A DNA stretch of 64,000 nt from Squalus acanthias (lineage: Eukaryota), in NCBI GenBank assembly GCA_030390025.1, contig JASTWF010000367.1, positions 124,001-188,000 of the forward strand, written 5' to 3'. Each line of letters opens with the position of its first letter. The stretch's first letter is position 1. Under the pieces are notes generated by a model, which saw only the letters and a list, made by a program, of their open reading frames with translations, was not told the DNA's origin and did not search any database. Below are positions 52,625 to 64,000 of the stretch, in pieces. A program made the position numbers and the translations under genes.

Positions 52625-54392
52625 TACACACCTGGCAGGATCCTGATACACTGTGAATCGCCATACACACCTGGCAGGATCCTGATACACTGAAACCCCA
52701 TACACACCTGACAGGATCCTGATACACTGTGAAACCCCATACACACCTGGCAGGATCCCTGATACACTGTGAAACCCCATACACACCTGGCAGGATCCTG
52801 ATACACTGTGAAACCCCTTTCACACCTTGCACGATTCTGATACACTTTGAAACGCCAATACACACCTGGCAGGATCCTGATACACTGTGAAACGCCATAC
52901 ACACCTGGCAGGATCCTGATACACTGTGAATCCCATACACACCTGGCAGGATCCTGATACACTGTGAAACCCATACACACCTGGCAGGATCCCGATACAC
53001 TGTAAAACCCCACACACACCTGGCAGGATCCCGATACACTGTGAAACCCCTTACACACCTGGCAGGATCCTGATATACTGTGAAAACCCATACACACCTG
53101 GCAGGATCCTGATACACTGTGAAACCCCATACACACCTGGCAGGATCCTGATACACTGTGAATCCCATACACACCTGGCAGGATACTGATACACTGTGAA
53201 ACCCATAAACACCTGGCAGGATCCTGATACACTGTGAAGCCCCATACACACCTGGCAGGATCCTGATACACTGTGAAACCACATACACACCTGGCAGGAT
53301 CCCGATACACTGTAAAACCCCACACACACCTGGCAGGATCCCGATACACTGTGAAACCCCTTACACACCTGGCAGGATCCTGATACACTGTGAAACCCCA
53401 TACACACCTGGCAGGATCCTGATACACTGTGAAACCCCATACACACCTGGCAGATCCTGATACACTGTGAAACCCCATACATACCTGGCAGGATCCTGAT
53501 ACACTGTGAAACCCCATACACACCTGACAGGATCCTGATACACTGTGAAACCCCATACACACCTGGCAGGATCATGATACACTGTGAAACCCCCAAACAC
53601 ACCTGGCAGGATCCTGATACACTGAAACCCATACACACCTGGCAGGATCCTGATACACTGTGAAACCCCATACACATCTGGCAGGATCCTGATGTACTGT
53701 GAAACCCCATACAGACCTGGCAGGATCCCGATACACTGTGAAACCCCATACACACCTGGCAGGATCCTGATACACTGTGAAACCCCAACCACACCTGGCA
53801 GGATCCTGATACACTGTGAAACCCCAACCACACCTGGCAGGATCCTGATACACTGTGAAACCCCAACCACACCTGGCAGGATCCTGATACACTGTGAAAC
53901 CCCAACCACACCTGGCAGGATCCTGATACACTGTGAAACCCCATACACACCTGGCAGGATCCAGATACACTGTGAAGCCCCATACACACCTGGCAGGATC
54001 CTGATACACTGTGAAACCACATACACACCTGGCAGGACCCTGATACACTGTGAAACCCCATACACAATTGTCAGGATCCTGATATACTGTGAACCCCATA
54101 CACATCTGGCTGAATCCTGATATACAATGAAACCTCATACAAAGCTGGCAGGATCCTGATACACTGTGGAACCCCATACACACCTGGCATGATCCTGATA
54201 CACTGTGAAACTCCATACACACCTGGCAGGATCCTGATACAATGTAACCCCATACACACCGGGCAGGATCCTGACACACTGTGAAACTCCATACTCCCCT
54301 GGCAGGATCCTGATAGACAGTGTAACCCCGTACACACCGGGCAGGATCTGATACACTGTGAAACCCCATACACAACTGGCAGGATCCCAATA
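52625..54392. repeat. 39-bp minisatellite (ACACACCTGGCAGGATCCTGATACACTGTGAAACCCCAT), about 45 copies, intronic
   Basis: Directly visible. The minus-strand ORFs show a 13-aa period, and the array degenerates toward the right end. Confidence 0.97.
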
Positions 54393-54689
54393 AACTGTAA
54401 ATTTCCATGCACAGAAGATGTATAGATGTTCACATAGTAGAACATTATTCCGTGGAGGAATGTGAGGAAAAGACAATGGCCCAGTTTTTTGCATGCACGA
54501 AAACCCAGAACTTGCGATCTGTCAAGATTTTGCTTTACAGATCGTACCCATCTGTTAGACATGAGCATTTATGGCATAGATTTGGGCTATTTGCCCACCT
54601 GCTGTCCAGCGAATTCCCACAAAACTATTATACCTGGTAAAAGCAGGCCTAGGACCTGCTTTTAACAGCATAATGGTTTAAATAACTAT

Positions 54690-55170
54690 TGGCCTGGAAA
54701 TTGCGAAGGAGGCTTGCCGAGGGCGAAATTGTTAGAACATCAAGAAAACTACTCACCTATCTGGTGCCACCGGAACTCAGACTCTTCCAGACCTGGGCCT
54801 GCATGCGTAGGCCTGCATTATCGCTCACCTATCCCAGGGGGCATGCGTTTCACTGGCATCCCTGGGATCATGTGGGAGAGCCCAACTAATCACAAATGGG
54901 ATTCCTAAGATGCTCATGGGGATCATTTATACACGGAATCCCCATATGCATAATAGGAATCCCCTAAATAAATCAAATTTTTCACATAATTGAAATAAAA
55001 AAATCATCACATGTTCAAGAATTAATTAAAATACAATTTAATTAAACATTTAAAACAAAAAATTAATTTTTTGAAAAATAAATATGAACATTTTTAATGG
55101 GGCCAAAATAACTTAAGCTAATTTTAAATGTAAGGGAATGTTTAAATCATTTAAAAAATATATTTTAATA
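54690..55170. mobile_element. Degraded MITE-like remnant related to 49170-49871
   Basis: It starts with TIR-like GGCCTGGAAATTGCG and shares the GGGATCA/GGAATCCCC motif order and the AT-rich tract. Confidence 0.4.
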
Positions 55171-55213
55171 GCCTGAAATTGGCGGTCAGCAGCAAAGCGA
55201 AAGCATTTGCTGC

Positions 55214-56020
55214 TTTTTTAAAATTCGGTTATCGGATGTGAGTGTAGCTGGCAAGGCCAGCATTTATTGCCCACACCTAATTGCCCTTGAGAAGGTGGTG
55301 GTGAGCCACCTTCTTGAACCACTGCAGTCCGTGTGGTGATGGTACTCCCACAGTGCTGTTACGTAGGGAGTTCCAGGATTTTCACCCTGCGATGATGAAG
55401 GCTCGGCGATATACTTCTCAGTCAGGATGGTCTGTGATTGGAGGGGAACTTGGAGGTGCTGGTGTTCCCATGCGCCTGCTGCCCTTGCCCTTCTAGGTGG
55501 AAGAGGTCACGGGTTTGGGAGGTTCTGCCGAATAAGCCTTGGCGAGTTGCTCCACCTTGTAGATGGTAAACACTGCAGCCACGCTACGCCGGAGGTGGAG
55601 GGAGTGAATGTTTAAGATGGTGGATGCGGTGCCAATCAAGCGGCTGCTTTGTCCTGGATGGTGTCGAGCTTCTAGAGTGTTCTTGGAGCTGCACTCATCC
55701 AGGCAAGTGGAGATTATTCCATCACACTCCTTACTTGTGCCTTGTAGATGGTGGAAAGTTTTTGGGGAGTCAGGAGGTGAGACACTCGCCGCAGAATACC
55801 TAGCCTCTGACCTGCTCTTGTTGTCACAGTATTTATATGGCTGGTCCAGTTAAGTTTCTGGTCAATGGTGACTCCCAGCATATTGATGGTGGTGGATTCG
55901 GTGATCGTAATGCCGTTGAATGTCAATGGGAGGTGGTTAGACTCTCGCTTGTTGGAGATAGTCATTGCCTGGCACTTGTGTGGCTCAAATGTTACCTGCC
56001 ACTTATCAGCCCAAACTTGA
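55214..56020 (-). mobile_element. 5'-truncated LINE (same family as 49979-50350), reverse orientation
   Basis: A T-run marks the left end. ORF 55714-55965 encodes an RT C-terminal region (LGVTIDQKLNWTSHI...LSTIYKAQVRSVME). Confidence 0.88.
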
Positions 56021-56325
56021 ACGTCGTCCAGTGATTACACTGATTGCCGGTTCTGTGGGGGCAGGTGGTGGGTTTGGAGGAGTGGGGCACAGCGCAGCCA
56101 GTTTCGGAGCTGTCATTGACAGACTGTTACTTCAGGATTTTCGCATGCACCTACTCATGTGCCAAAATCCCGAAGTTGCAGTCAGCTTCAAAGGAGGAAT
56201 CATGGCGAATGCTGTCAGTTCGTGCCGTCATTCCGACTGCAAATTCTCGTTTCACAATTTCTGAAACACAATATAACAGGAAATAATTTCAAAAGGCCTT
56301 CTTTGACCGGAGGTTGTGTCCCTGA

Positions 56326-57357
56326 GTGGGAGTTAAAGGTAGCTATTCACAGTGGCAGAAGGTGGGTAGAGGTGTTCCACAAGGATCAGTGCTGGAACCA
56401 CTGCTGTTCACAATTTACATTAACGATTTAGACTGTGGAATCAAAAACACAATTTCTAAATTTGCGGATGACATCAAATTGGGCGGGATAGTGAATACTG
56501 AGGATAACTGCAGCAAATTACAGAAGATATTAATAACCTTGCAGAATGGGCACATAATTAGCAAATGAAGTTCAACACAGATAAACGTGAGGTAATCCAT
56601 TTTGGTAGGAAGAATAGAGAGGTCACTTATCACTTGGAGGGTGTGAGTCTAGGTGGGGTAGAGGAACAAAGGGATCTCGGAGTACAAATACACAAATCAC
56701 TAAACGTTGCGACACAGGTTAGCAAGGCCATTAAAAAAAAGCAAACCAAGCACTAGGGTTTATTTCTAGAGGTATAGAATTGAAAAGTAGGGAAGTTATG
56801 CTAAACCTGTATCAAATCTTGGTAAGACCACACTTAGAGTACTGTATACAGTTCTGCTCACTATATTATGAAAAGGATATAGAGGCACTGGAAAGGGTGC
56901 AGAGAAGATTTACAAGGATGATACCAGAAATGCGAGGGTATAGATATCAGGAAAGGATGAACAGGCCAAGTCTCTTTTCTCTTGAAAAAAGGCTAAGGGG
57001 TGACCTAATATATGTCTTTAAAATTATGAAACATTTTGATAGAGTGGATACAGAAAGAATGTTTCCACTTGTGTGGAAGCGCATAACTAGAGGCCACCAA
57101 GAAAGATAGTCACCAAGAAATCCAACAGGGAATTCAGAAGAAATTTATTTACCCAAAGAGTGGTGAGAATGTGGAACTCACTACCACAGGGAGTGGTTGA
57201 AGTGAATAGTATAGATGCATTTAAGGGGAGGCTTTATAAGCATATGAGGGAGAAGAGAATCGAGGGTTATGCTGATAAAAATTAGATGAGGAAAGACGGG
57301 AGGAGGCTCGAGTCGAGCATAAACGCCGGCATGGACTGGTTGGGTCGAATGGCCTGA
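56326..57357 (+). mobile_element. CR1-type LINE, 3' part of ORF2 (reverse transcriptase), frameshifted
   Basis: GVPQGSVLEPLLFTIYINDL, SKFADDIKLGG, QRDLGV and LVRPHLEYC...RLRGDLI occur in successive broken frames. It ends GGACTGGTTGGGTCGAATGGCCTG. Confidence 0.92.
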
Positions 57358-57361
57358 TGTT

Positions 57362-60275
57362 GTCTCACCAGGGCCCTATATAGCTGCAGTAAGACGTCTT
57401 TACTCTTGTACTGAAATCCTCTTGTAATAAATGCCAACATACCATTTGCTTTCCTAATTGCTTGCTGTACCTGCATTTTAACTTTCAGTCATTCGTGTAC
57501 AAGGACACCCAGGTTCTTCTGAACACCAACATTTCCCAATCTCTCACCATTTAAAAAATACTCTGCTTTTCTGTTTTTCCTACCAAAGTGGATAACTTCA
57601 CATTTCTCCACATTATATTCCATGTGCCATGTTCTGCCCACGCACTTAGTCTGTCTATATACCCTTGAAGCCTTCTTGCATCCTCCTCACAACTTACATT
57701 CCCACCCAGCATTGAATCATCAGCAAACTTGGATATATTACATTTGGATCCCTCATCCAAATCATAGAAATAGATTGTGAATAGCTGAGGCCCAAGCACT
57801 AATCCTTGTGGTACCCCAGTAGTTACAGCCTGCCAACCAGAAAATGACCCTTTTATTCCTACTCTCTATTTTCTGTCCATTAACCAATCCTCAATCCATG
57901 CTAGTATATTACCCCCCAATCCCATGACTCCTAATTTTGTTTAATAACCTCTTGTGTGGCACCTTATCGAATGCCTTCTGAAAATCCAAATACACCACAT
58001 CCACTGATTTGCCCCTTATCTATTCTGCTAGTTACAACCTCAAAAATCTCTTAACAGATTCGTCAAACACCATTTCCCTTTCGTAAATCCGTGTTGACTC
58101 TGCTCAATCCTATTATTATTTTCTAAGTGCCCTGTTACTACTTCCTTAATAATAGATTCTAGCATTTTCCCGACTAATGATGTCAGGCTAACTGATCGGT
58201 AGTTCCGTTTTTTCTCTTTTTCCTTTCTTAAATCATGGGGTTTCAGTTGCTACCTTCCAATCTGCGGGAACCATTCTAGAATCTATGGAATTTTGGAAAA
58301 TGACATCCAATGCATCCATTATCTCTATAGCCACCTCTTTCAAAACACTAGGACGTAGGCCATCAGGTTCAAGGGGTTTATCGGCTTTCAATCCCATTAA
58401 TTTCTCCAGTATTTTTTTACTAATATTAATTTCTTTCAGTTCCTTATTCTCGCTGGACCCTTGGTTCTCCACTATTTCCAGGAAGTTTTTTTGCATTTTT
58501 CTTCCGTGAAGAGAGACACAAAGTATTTGTTTAATTTATCAGCCATTTCTTTATTCCCCATTGTAATTTCTCCTCTCAGCCTGTAAAGGACCCACATTTA
58601 CTTTCGCTAATCTTTTCCTTTTTACATACCTATTAAAGCTTTTACAGTAAGTTTTTATGTCTCTCGCTAGTTTACTCTCGTATTATATTTTCCCTCTCAT
58701 CAATTTCTTGATCCTCCTTTGCTGAATTCCAAAATCCTCACAACCTCAGGCTTACTACTCTTTTTGGCAACAATATAAGCCTCTTCCTTTGATCTAATAC
58801 TATCTTTGACTTCTCTTGTTAGCCACAGTTGGAACGCTTTACCTGTGGGGTTTTTGTGCCTTAAAGGAATGTATATATGTTGTAAATTATATTAATTATT
58901 TAAATGCTAGACATTGCTTGTCTACCGTCATAGCTTTTAATGTAGTTTCCCAATCTACCTTAGCCAACTCGCCCCTCATACCTACGTAGTTTGCTTTGTT
59001 TAGATGTAAGACCATAGTTTCGAATTTAACTAAATCACTTTTAAAATCAATATAAAATTCTATCATTATGGTCACTCTTCCCTAAAGGCCCCTTTACTAC
59101 AAGGTTATGAATTAGCCCTTTCTCGTTGCAAAATACTCCATCTAAAATAGCCTGTTCCCTAGATGGTTCCTCAACATACTGATCTACAAACCTATCTTGC
59201 ATACATTCCATGAATTCGTCCTCCACAGTATTACTGCAAATTTGGGTTTGCTCAGTCTATATGTAGATTATAAAGTCCCCCATGATTATTGTATTACCCT
59301 TGTTACATGTGCCTCTAATTTCCTGATTTGTACTCTGCCCTACATTACAACTACTGTTTGGGGACCTATACACAACTCCCACCAATGTTTTCAGCCCCTT
59401 GCTGTTTCTTAGCTCCACCCAAACTGACTCTACTTCTTGATTTTCGGAGGTAAGATCCTTTCTCTCCACTGCCTTTATCCCATCCTTTATTATCAGGGCT
59501 AACCCTCCTCTTTTGCATTTTGCCTATCTCTTCTAAAAGTTAAGTATCCTGAAATATATAGTTCCCAACCTCGGCCACTTTGCAACCATGTCTCCGTTAT
59601 GGCTTAGATCAAACCTATTAATTTTTGTCTGCAGTATTAATTTTTCTATTTTGTTGCTAATGCTTCGCGCATTCGGATATAGTGCCTTCAGCTTTGCCGT
59701 ATTTCCATTTTTCCCTGATGTCACCTTAGTTACTGATGCCTTATTACCTTTGTTAGTCTCTCTGTCCCCTCCTGACGCACTCTGCTTATTTTTACACAAA
59801 ACTCTGTTCTAGAGCCTGAACATTTCTCTCGCTGTTTTTAAATTTACTCTTTCCTGAAGCCTCCCACCCCTTCATTAGTTTAATGCCCTGTCTACTGCCC
59901 TAGTTATTCGGTTCACCGGGGCACTGGTCCCAGCCCCATTTAAGTGGAGCCCGTCCCAAAGGAACAGCTCCCTGCTTCCTCAGTACTGGTGCCAGTGCCC
60001 CATAAACTGAAAGCCCTTCCACCCACACCACTCTTTGAACCACGCAGTTAAACCTCTATTCTGTTTTTCGCTATGCCAATTTGCACATGGCTCAGGTAAC
60101 AATCCAGAGATTATTACCTTTTGAGGTTCTGCTTTTTAATTTGGATCCTAGTTTCTCAAGCTCTGTCAGCAGAACCTCTTTCCTAGTTATACCTATGTCT
60201 TTGGTTCCTACGTGGACCACGACAACTGGATCCTCCCCCTCCCATTCCAAGATCTTCTCCAGCCGCGAGCAGATG
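57362..60275 (-). mobile_element. CR1-type LINE, degraded: ORF1 esterase-like region, APE endonuclease and RT; truncated at both ends
   Basis: Minus-strand fragments are EDPVVVVHVGTKDIG (about 60195-60240, SGNH-like ORF1), LKALYPNARSISNK and VESVWVELRN...GVVYRSPN...IMGDF (endonuclease), PDGLRPSVLKE...VPADWK, LGPQLFTIY...SKFADD and KANGMLAFI...LYRALVR. Confidence 0.92.
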
Positions 60276-60569
60276 TCACTAGTAAAGGGCAGGCCGGATG
60301 GTATTAACCATCAGAGGTAAAAGTCCCAACATTGAAATCTCCATGTTCAGTGAATATTAGAATCAAGTGAGGCTTTGAAACTTTTCTCGGCCATTGTTCA
60401 CTTTCAAACGAGGTTTCCATCAACTGAGTTTTAATTTCTACACACACCTCTATTGAAGCTCTAAATGAAATCTTGCAACATTTTACTGAATAATGAAATG
60501 GTATTGAGAAGTTATTTTTATGTCAATACAACTAACATTGAAACCACTTTGTCTCTGTTTTAATTAAAG

Positions 60570-62307
60570 TTGTTCAACAGAAACACAAGGAAACACTCCG
60601 GGTACAAACTGAAACACTGAGAGTGAACACTATCCTAATAAAGGAGAAGGTTAAGGTCTTCCAGCTGGTTGATCGATACGCTGAGCTGACGGTCATTTCT
60701 ACTGTTCGAGATCGGACACTTGTAGAACATGAACTGCTGGCAAGAGGCCGAGACCATGAAGAGCAGAGAGATAAACATGTCTGGAGAGAACTGGAAAAAA
60801 TCCGACCTGATCAATTGTTCCAGATCAGTTTTTCCCGGAGAGAATCCAAATCTGGGAGTTCAGCAGCAGTGAGCGGAGTCCCGGGGATTGGAAAAACAAC
60901 AATGGTACAAAAGATTGTTCATGACTGGGCCACTGGGAAAATATACCCACACTTTCAATTTGTTTTCAGCTTTAAATTCCGGGATTTGAACACTATTAAC
61001 TGTAGAATAAACCTGAGGAATCTGATACTGGATCTGTATCCTTACTTTGGGAATGTTCTGGGAGAGCTCTGGAAGAACCCAGAGGGATTGTTGTTTATAT
61101 TCGATGGTTTGGATGAATTCAAGGACAGCATCGATTTTGCTGACAATCGGAGAAATACAGAACCTCAGCACATGTGCACAGATCCCGAAGACTGGTGTGA
61201 AGTGTCTGACATTGTGTACAGTTTAATACAGCACAAGCTGCTCCCAGGATGTTCAGTGCTAGTGACCAGCCGCCCCACTGCATTACATTTATTGGAAAAG
61301 GCTGAGATCAGTGTCTGGGCTGAAATCCTGGGATTTGTTGGTTAAGAACGGAAGGAATATTTCAACAAGTTTTTTGAAGATCAGACGGAGGCAGCAGCTG
61401 TCTTCAAACACCTGGAGGAGAACGAGATTCTGTACACCATGTGCTACAACCCTTCCTACTGCTGGACCCTCGGTCTGTCACTGGGTCCCTTCTTTACACA
61501 AAGAGACAGGAATCAGCAGCGAGTTCCCAAGACCATCACCCAACTAAATTCCTACTATATTTACAATATTCTGAAAAACCATGGCCGAGAGATTGAAAGA
61601 CCCCGTGATGTGTTACTGAAGCTTGGTGAGATGGCCTTCACAGGAGTCTCCGAGAAGAAGATTGTGTTTAGTAATGGAGATTTGATCAAGTACAATCTGC
61701 AACCTTCCCAGTTCCTGTCTGGGTTCATGATGGAACTTTTGGAGAGAGATGATTCTGTCCAGAGCGTGGTGTACACATTCCCGCACCTCACCATCCCAGA
61801 GTTTGTAGCCGCACTCGCACAATTCCTGACTCCAGATCCTGGGGACACCTTGAAACTCCTCAGAGAATCCCACAGTAAGGAAGATGGGCGATTTGAGATA
61901 TGTCTGCGTTTTGTTGCTGGTCTCTCTTCCCCACAGGCAGCTTGGCCCCTGGAGGAGTTTCTGAATAAATTTCTTCATCAAACCACCTGCCGAGTGATTG
62001 ACTGGGTGAAGAAGCAGGTTGAAGGACAGATTGGAAACACAGAGAGTGAAACTGGTAAAAGGGACCTCCTGAACACATTCCACTACCTGTTTGAGTCTCA
62101 GAATAAAGCACTGGCTCGGAACACAGTGAGATCTGTGGAATCACTTGGATTTAGTCGATTGACATTGACCCCGATTGACTGTGCGGTCCTGTCTCATGTC
62201 ATTGGACTCTGTGAAACAATAAACTACCTCGATCTAGGGAACTGCAACATTCAGTGTGAAGGACTCCAGCGGCTGGTACCCGTACTGCACAAATGCCGGG
62301 TGTTGAG
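60570..62307 (+). CDS. NLR large NACHT exon, interrupted by TAA at 61343-61345
   Basis: TTAAAG acceptor; the exon reads VQQKHKETLRVQTETLRVNTILIKEK... through ...LHKCRVL; GTAACT donor. All NACHT motifs are present. Confidence 0.9.
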
Positions 62308-64000
62308 GTAACTGTTTATTTCTCTCTAACTGTTGGACGAATTGTAGAACAGTCACGGATTGTGTTGTTGCTCCGTAATGAAGGGAAACAAACAGTTCAG
62401 TTAAACCAGAGAGAAACAGATTCAACACAAATATGACCAATAATATGGGTTAGTAATTTCTTAAGGATTGGAGAATCTAAAATGGATCCTTGTGAACAAG
62501 TAGGGATTTTATAGTCTTTGTCGGATCAACAAATACAGGTCACTGAGAGTCTGAAAATGTCATAACAATAAATCATATTTAATAAGGATGGACAGCGGAA
62601 TGTAAACATAAAATATAATCCGAAAATAATAAAATTAATTTAAAATGTTTTCCACATTCACCATTTCAACTAGAAACAGGAGAGAAACCCGAGTTTAAAT
62701 CACTAACAGTTCTATATTTACTCCAATACCGTACAGGGTGTGTCTTGTCGAGGGGGTAGTTTCCTGGTTTGGGAATATTGGGGAATCGGGAATTCTTTCA
62801 GCTGTAAATGTTTACAATTATTCACAGTCCTGAACATTGAGTAAAGATTGATTTCAGGATCTTAAATCTGCCGGTCAAAAGGTTCTAATCGAACGGGTTG
62901 TGGGGTATTAGCCCCGGAGTACAGGCACACACCGGCCAGCGGTGGGGCCTCGCACACAGCGGGCGGCTCCTGGGTAAACCGGGGGCAGTGAACCCGGGAA
63001 TTCCCCGTAATCCGCCCCCTGTGAGTGAGGCCCCGCTCGGGTGGGAACTTCCGAAAATTCCCCCAAAACTGTCGGGCCAGTTACACCTGAAATAAATGTA
63101 GAGCCAGTTTAATGGGGAATAAAGTGAGAGACTCCCCTCCCCTATAAACTAGGAGCACAGGGACATTTAAAACTTGTAACGGGACAGAATAAACTCTCCT
63201 TGTTACATAAAATCCTGGGGGGTGGATTTTACAGCAACGACAGCGCCGTTTCACAATATAACTCACCCCGGGATATTATACAGATTAATATAATGCACAG
63301 CGTATAAAGTACAGGGAATCACCGCTTTATCATTTAATTCCGAGAAAATCGCCGCATTCCCATAAAATCCGGGATTTAAGGAGCAGCAGAAATGACAAAA
63401 GATTACCCAAACATGACGGGCCCGTCACTGAGCTCCAGGAGGGTAATTCTGATCATCAGGGAATGAGACCGGACTGAGGGACCTTGAAAGGCTTCACACA
63501 GAGAGCACGTTATTTAATAAATACATTTACTGGAGGTCCCTGAATATATGGGCAGTTGGACAGAGTGAGATTCATTGTCAGTGACCGGAAGGGGAGAATT
63601 ATGCGGGGGTTGGAGGGTCGGTGAGACAATTGATTTTTTTCCCCAGCGGCTCGAGACCCCGCTGTCAACCCCCCGCCACGCGCCTTTCCCAAATGTCGGG
63701 TCTGTCAGCGCTGAGCAGACTCGACATGCAGCGGCGGGGGAGGCAATTCAGGCCATTATGACCTTGTTAACAAAGCATTAACCACTATTTTCAGCTCACC
63801 TTCAGAGTTTACCAGGTTGCCCACGTGGTCCACGCTGCTCGGGGATCACATCAGGTAAGCAGGGCGGGAGTTGAATGGTCATGGAATCATCTCATTACTT
63901 GACAGCTGGAAATGTGCGATAAAAGCTTCCATCTCACAGCTATTCACTTTCCAAACTCAGAAGCTGCTGCTTACTGCATTTGGAAAACATATTGAGCTTT

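Larger units (their letters stand above)
52005..62307 (+). pseudogene. NLRC3-like NACHT-LRR (NLR) immune receptor gene; exons 52005-52176, 52282-52347, 60570-62307; premature stop at 61343-61345; further LRR exons not seen in the window
   Basis: Three AG/GT-bounded exons join in phase 1 into one frame. NACHT motifs are Walker A GVPGIGKTT, Walker B LLFIFDGLDE, SVLVTSRP and FPHLTIPEF. A first LRR (LDLGNCNI) precedes the donor at 62308. ORFs 60623-61345 and 61439-62311 are in frame across a single TAA. Confidence 0.88.

Noticed and set aside
52625..54392. Array of V(D)J recombination signal sequences
   Set aside because: Only the heptamer is present. There is no ACAAAAACC-like nonamer at 12 or 23 bp and no V, D or J segments.
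52455..54568. Cys-rich repetitive ORFs resembling keratin-associated or metallothionein-like proteins
   Set aside because: They are translations of the 39-bp minisatellite, open in several frames and switching at indels.

Overview
Eukaryotic, gene-poor window, most likely from a cartilaginous fish (inferred from the style of the NLR gene and repeats; not verified). Bases 1-~49,010 are a 51-bp tandem satellite (roughly 870 monomers) arranged in layered higher-order repeats. Nearly all ORFs in the supplied track here are artefacts of the stop-free monomer. Two single-copy insertions interrupt the satellite: a 109-bp element with a 15-bp target-site duplication that carries a minimal hammerhead-ribozyme core (36,563-36,671), and a full-length but disabled 4.16-kb PIF/Harbinger transposon with convergent Myb/SANT and DDE transposase genes (43,394-47,549). 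The last 15 kb contain LINE fragments, MITE-like remnants, a 39-bp minisatellite and a spliced NLRC3-like NACHT gene on the + strand with a premature stop. There are no rRNA, tRNA or CRISPR features. The most unusual item is the hammerhead-bearing insert. I see no firm evidence for a wholly new system.
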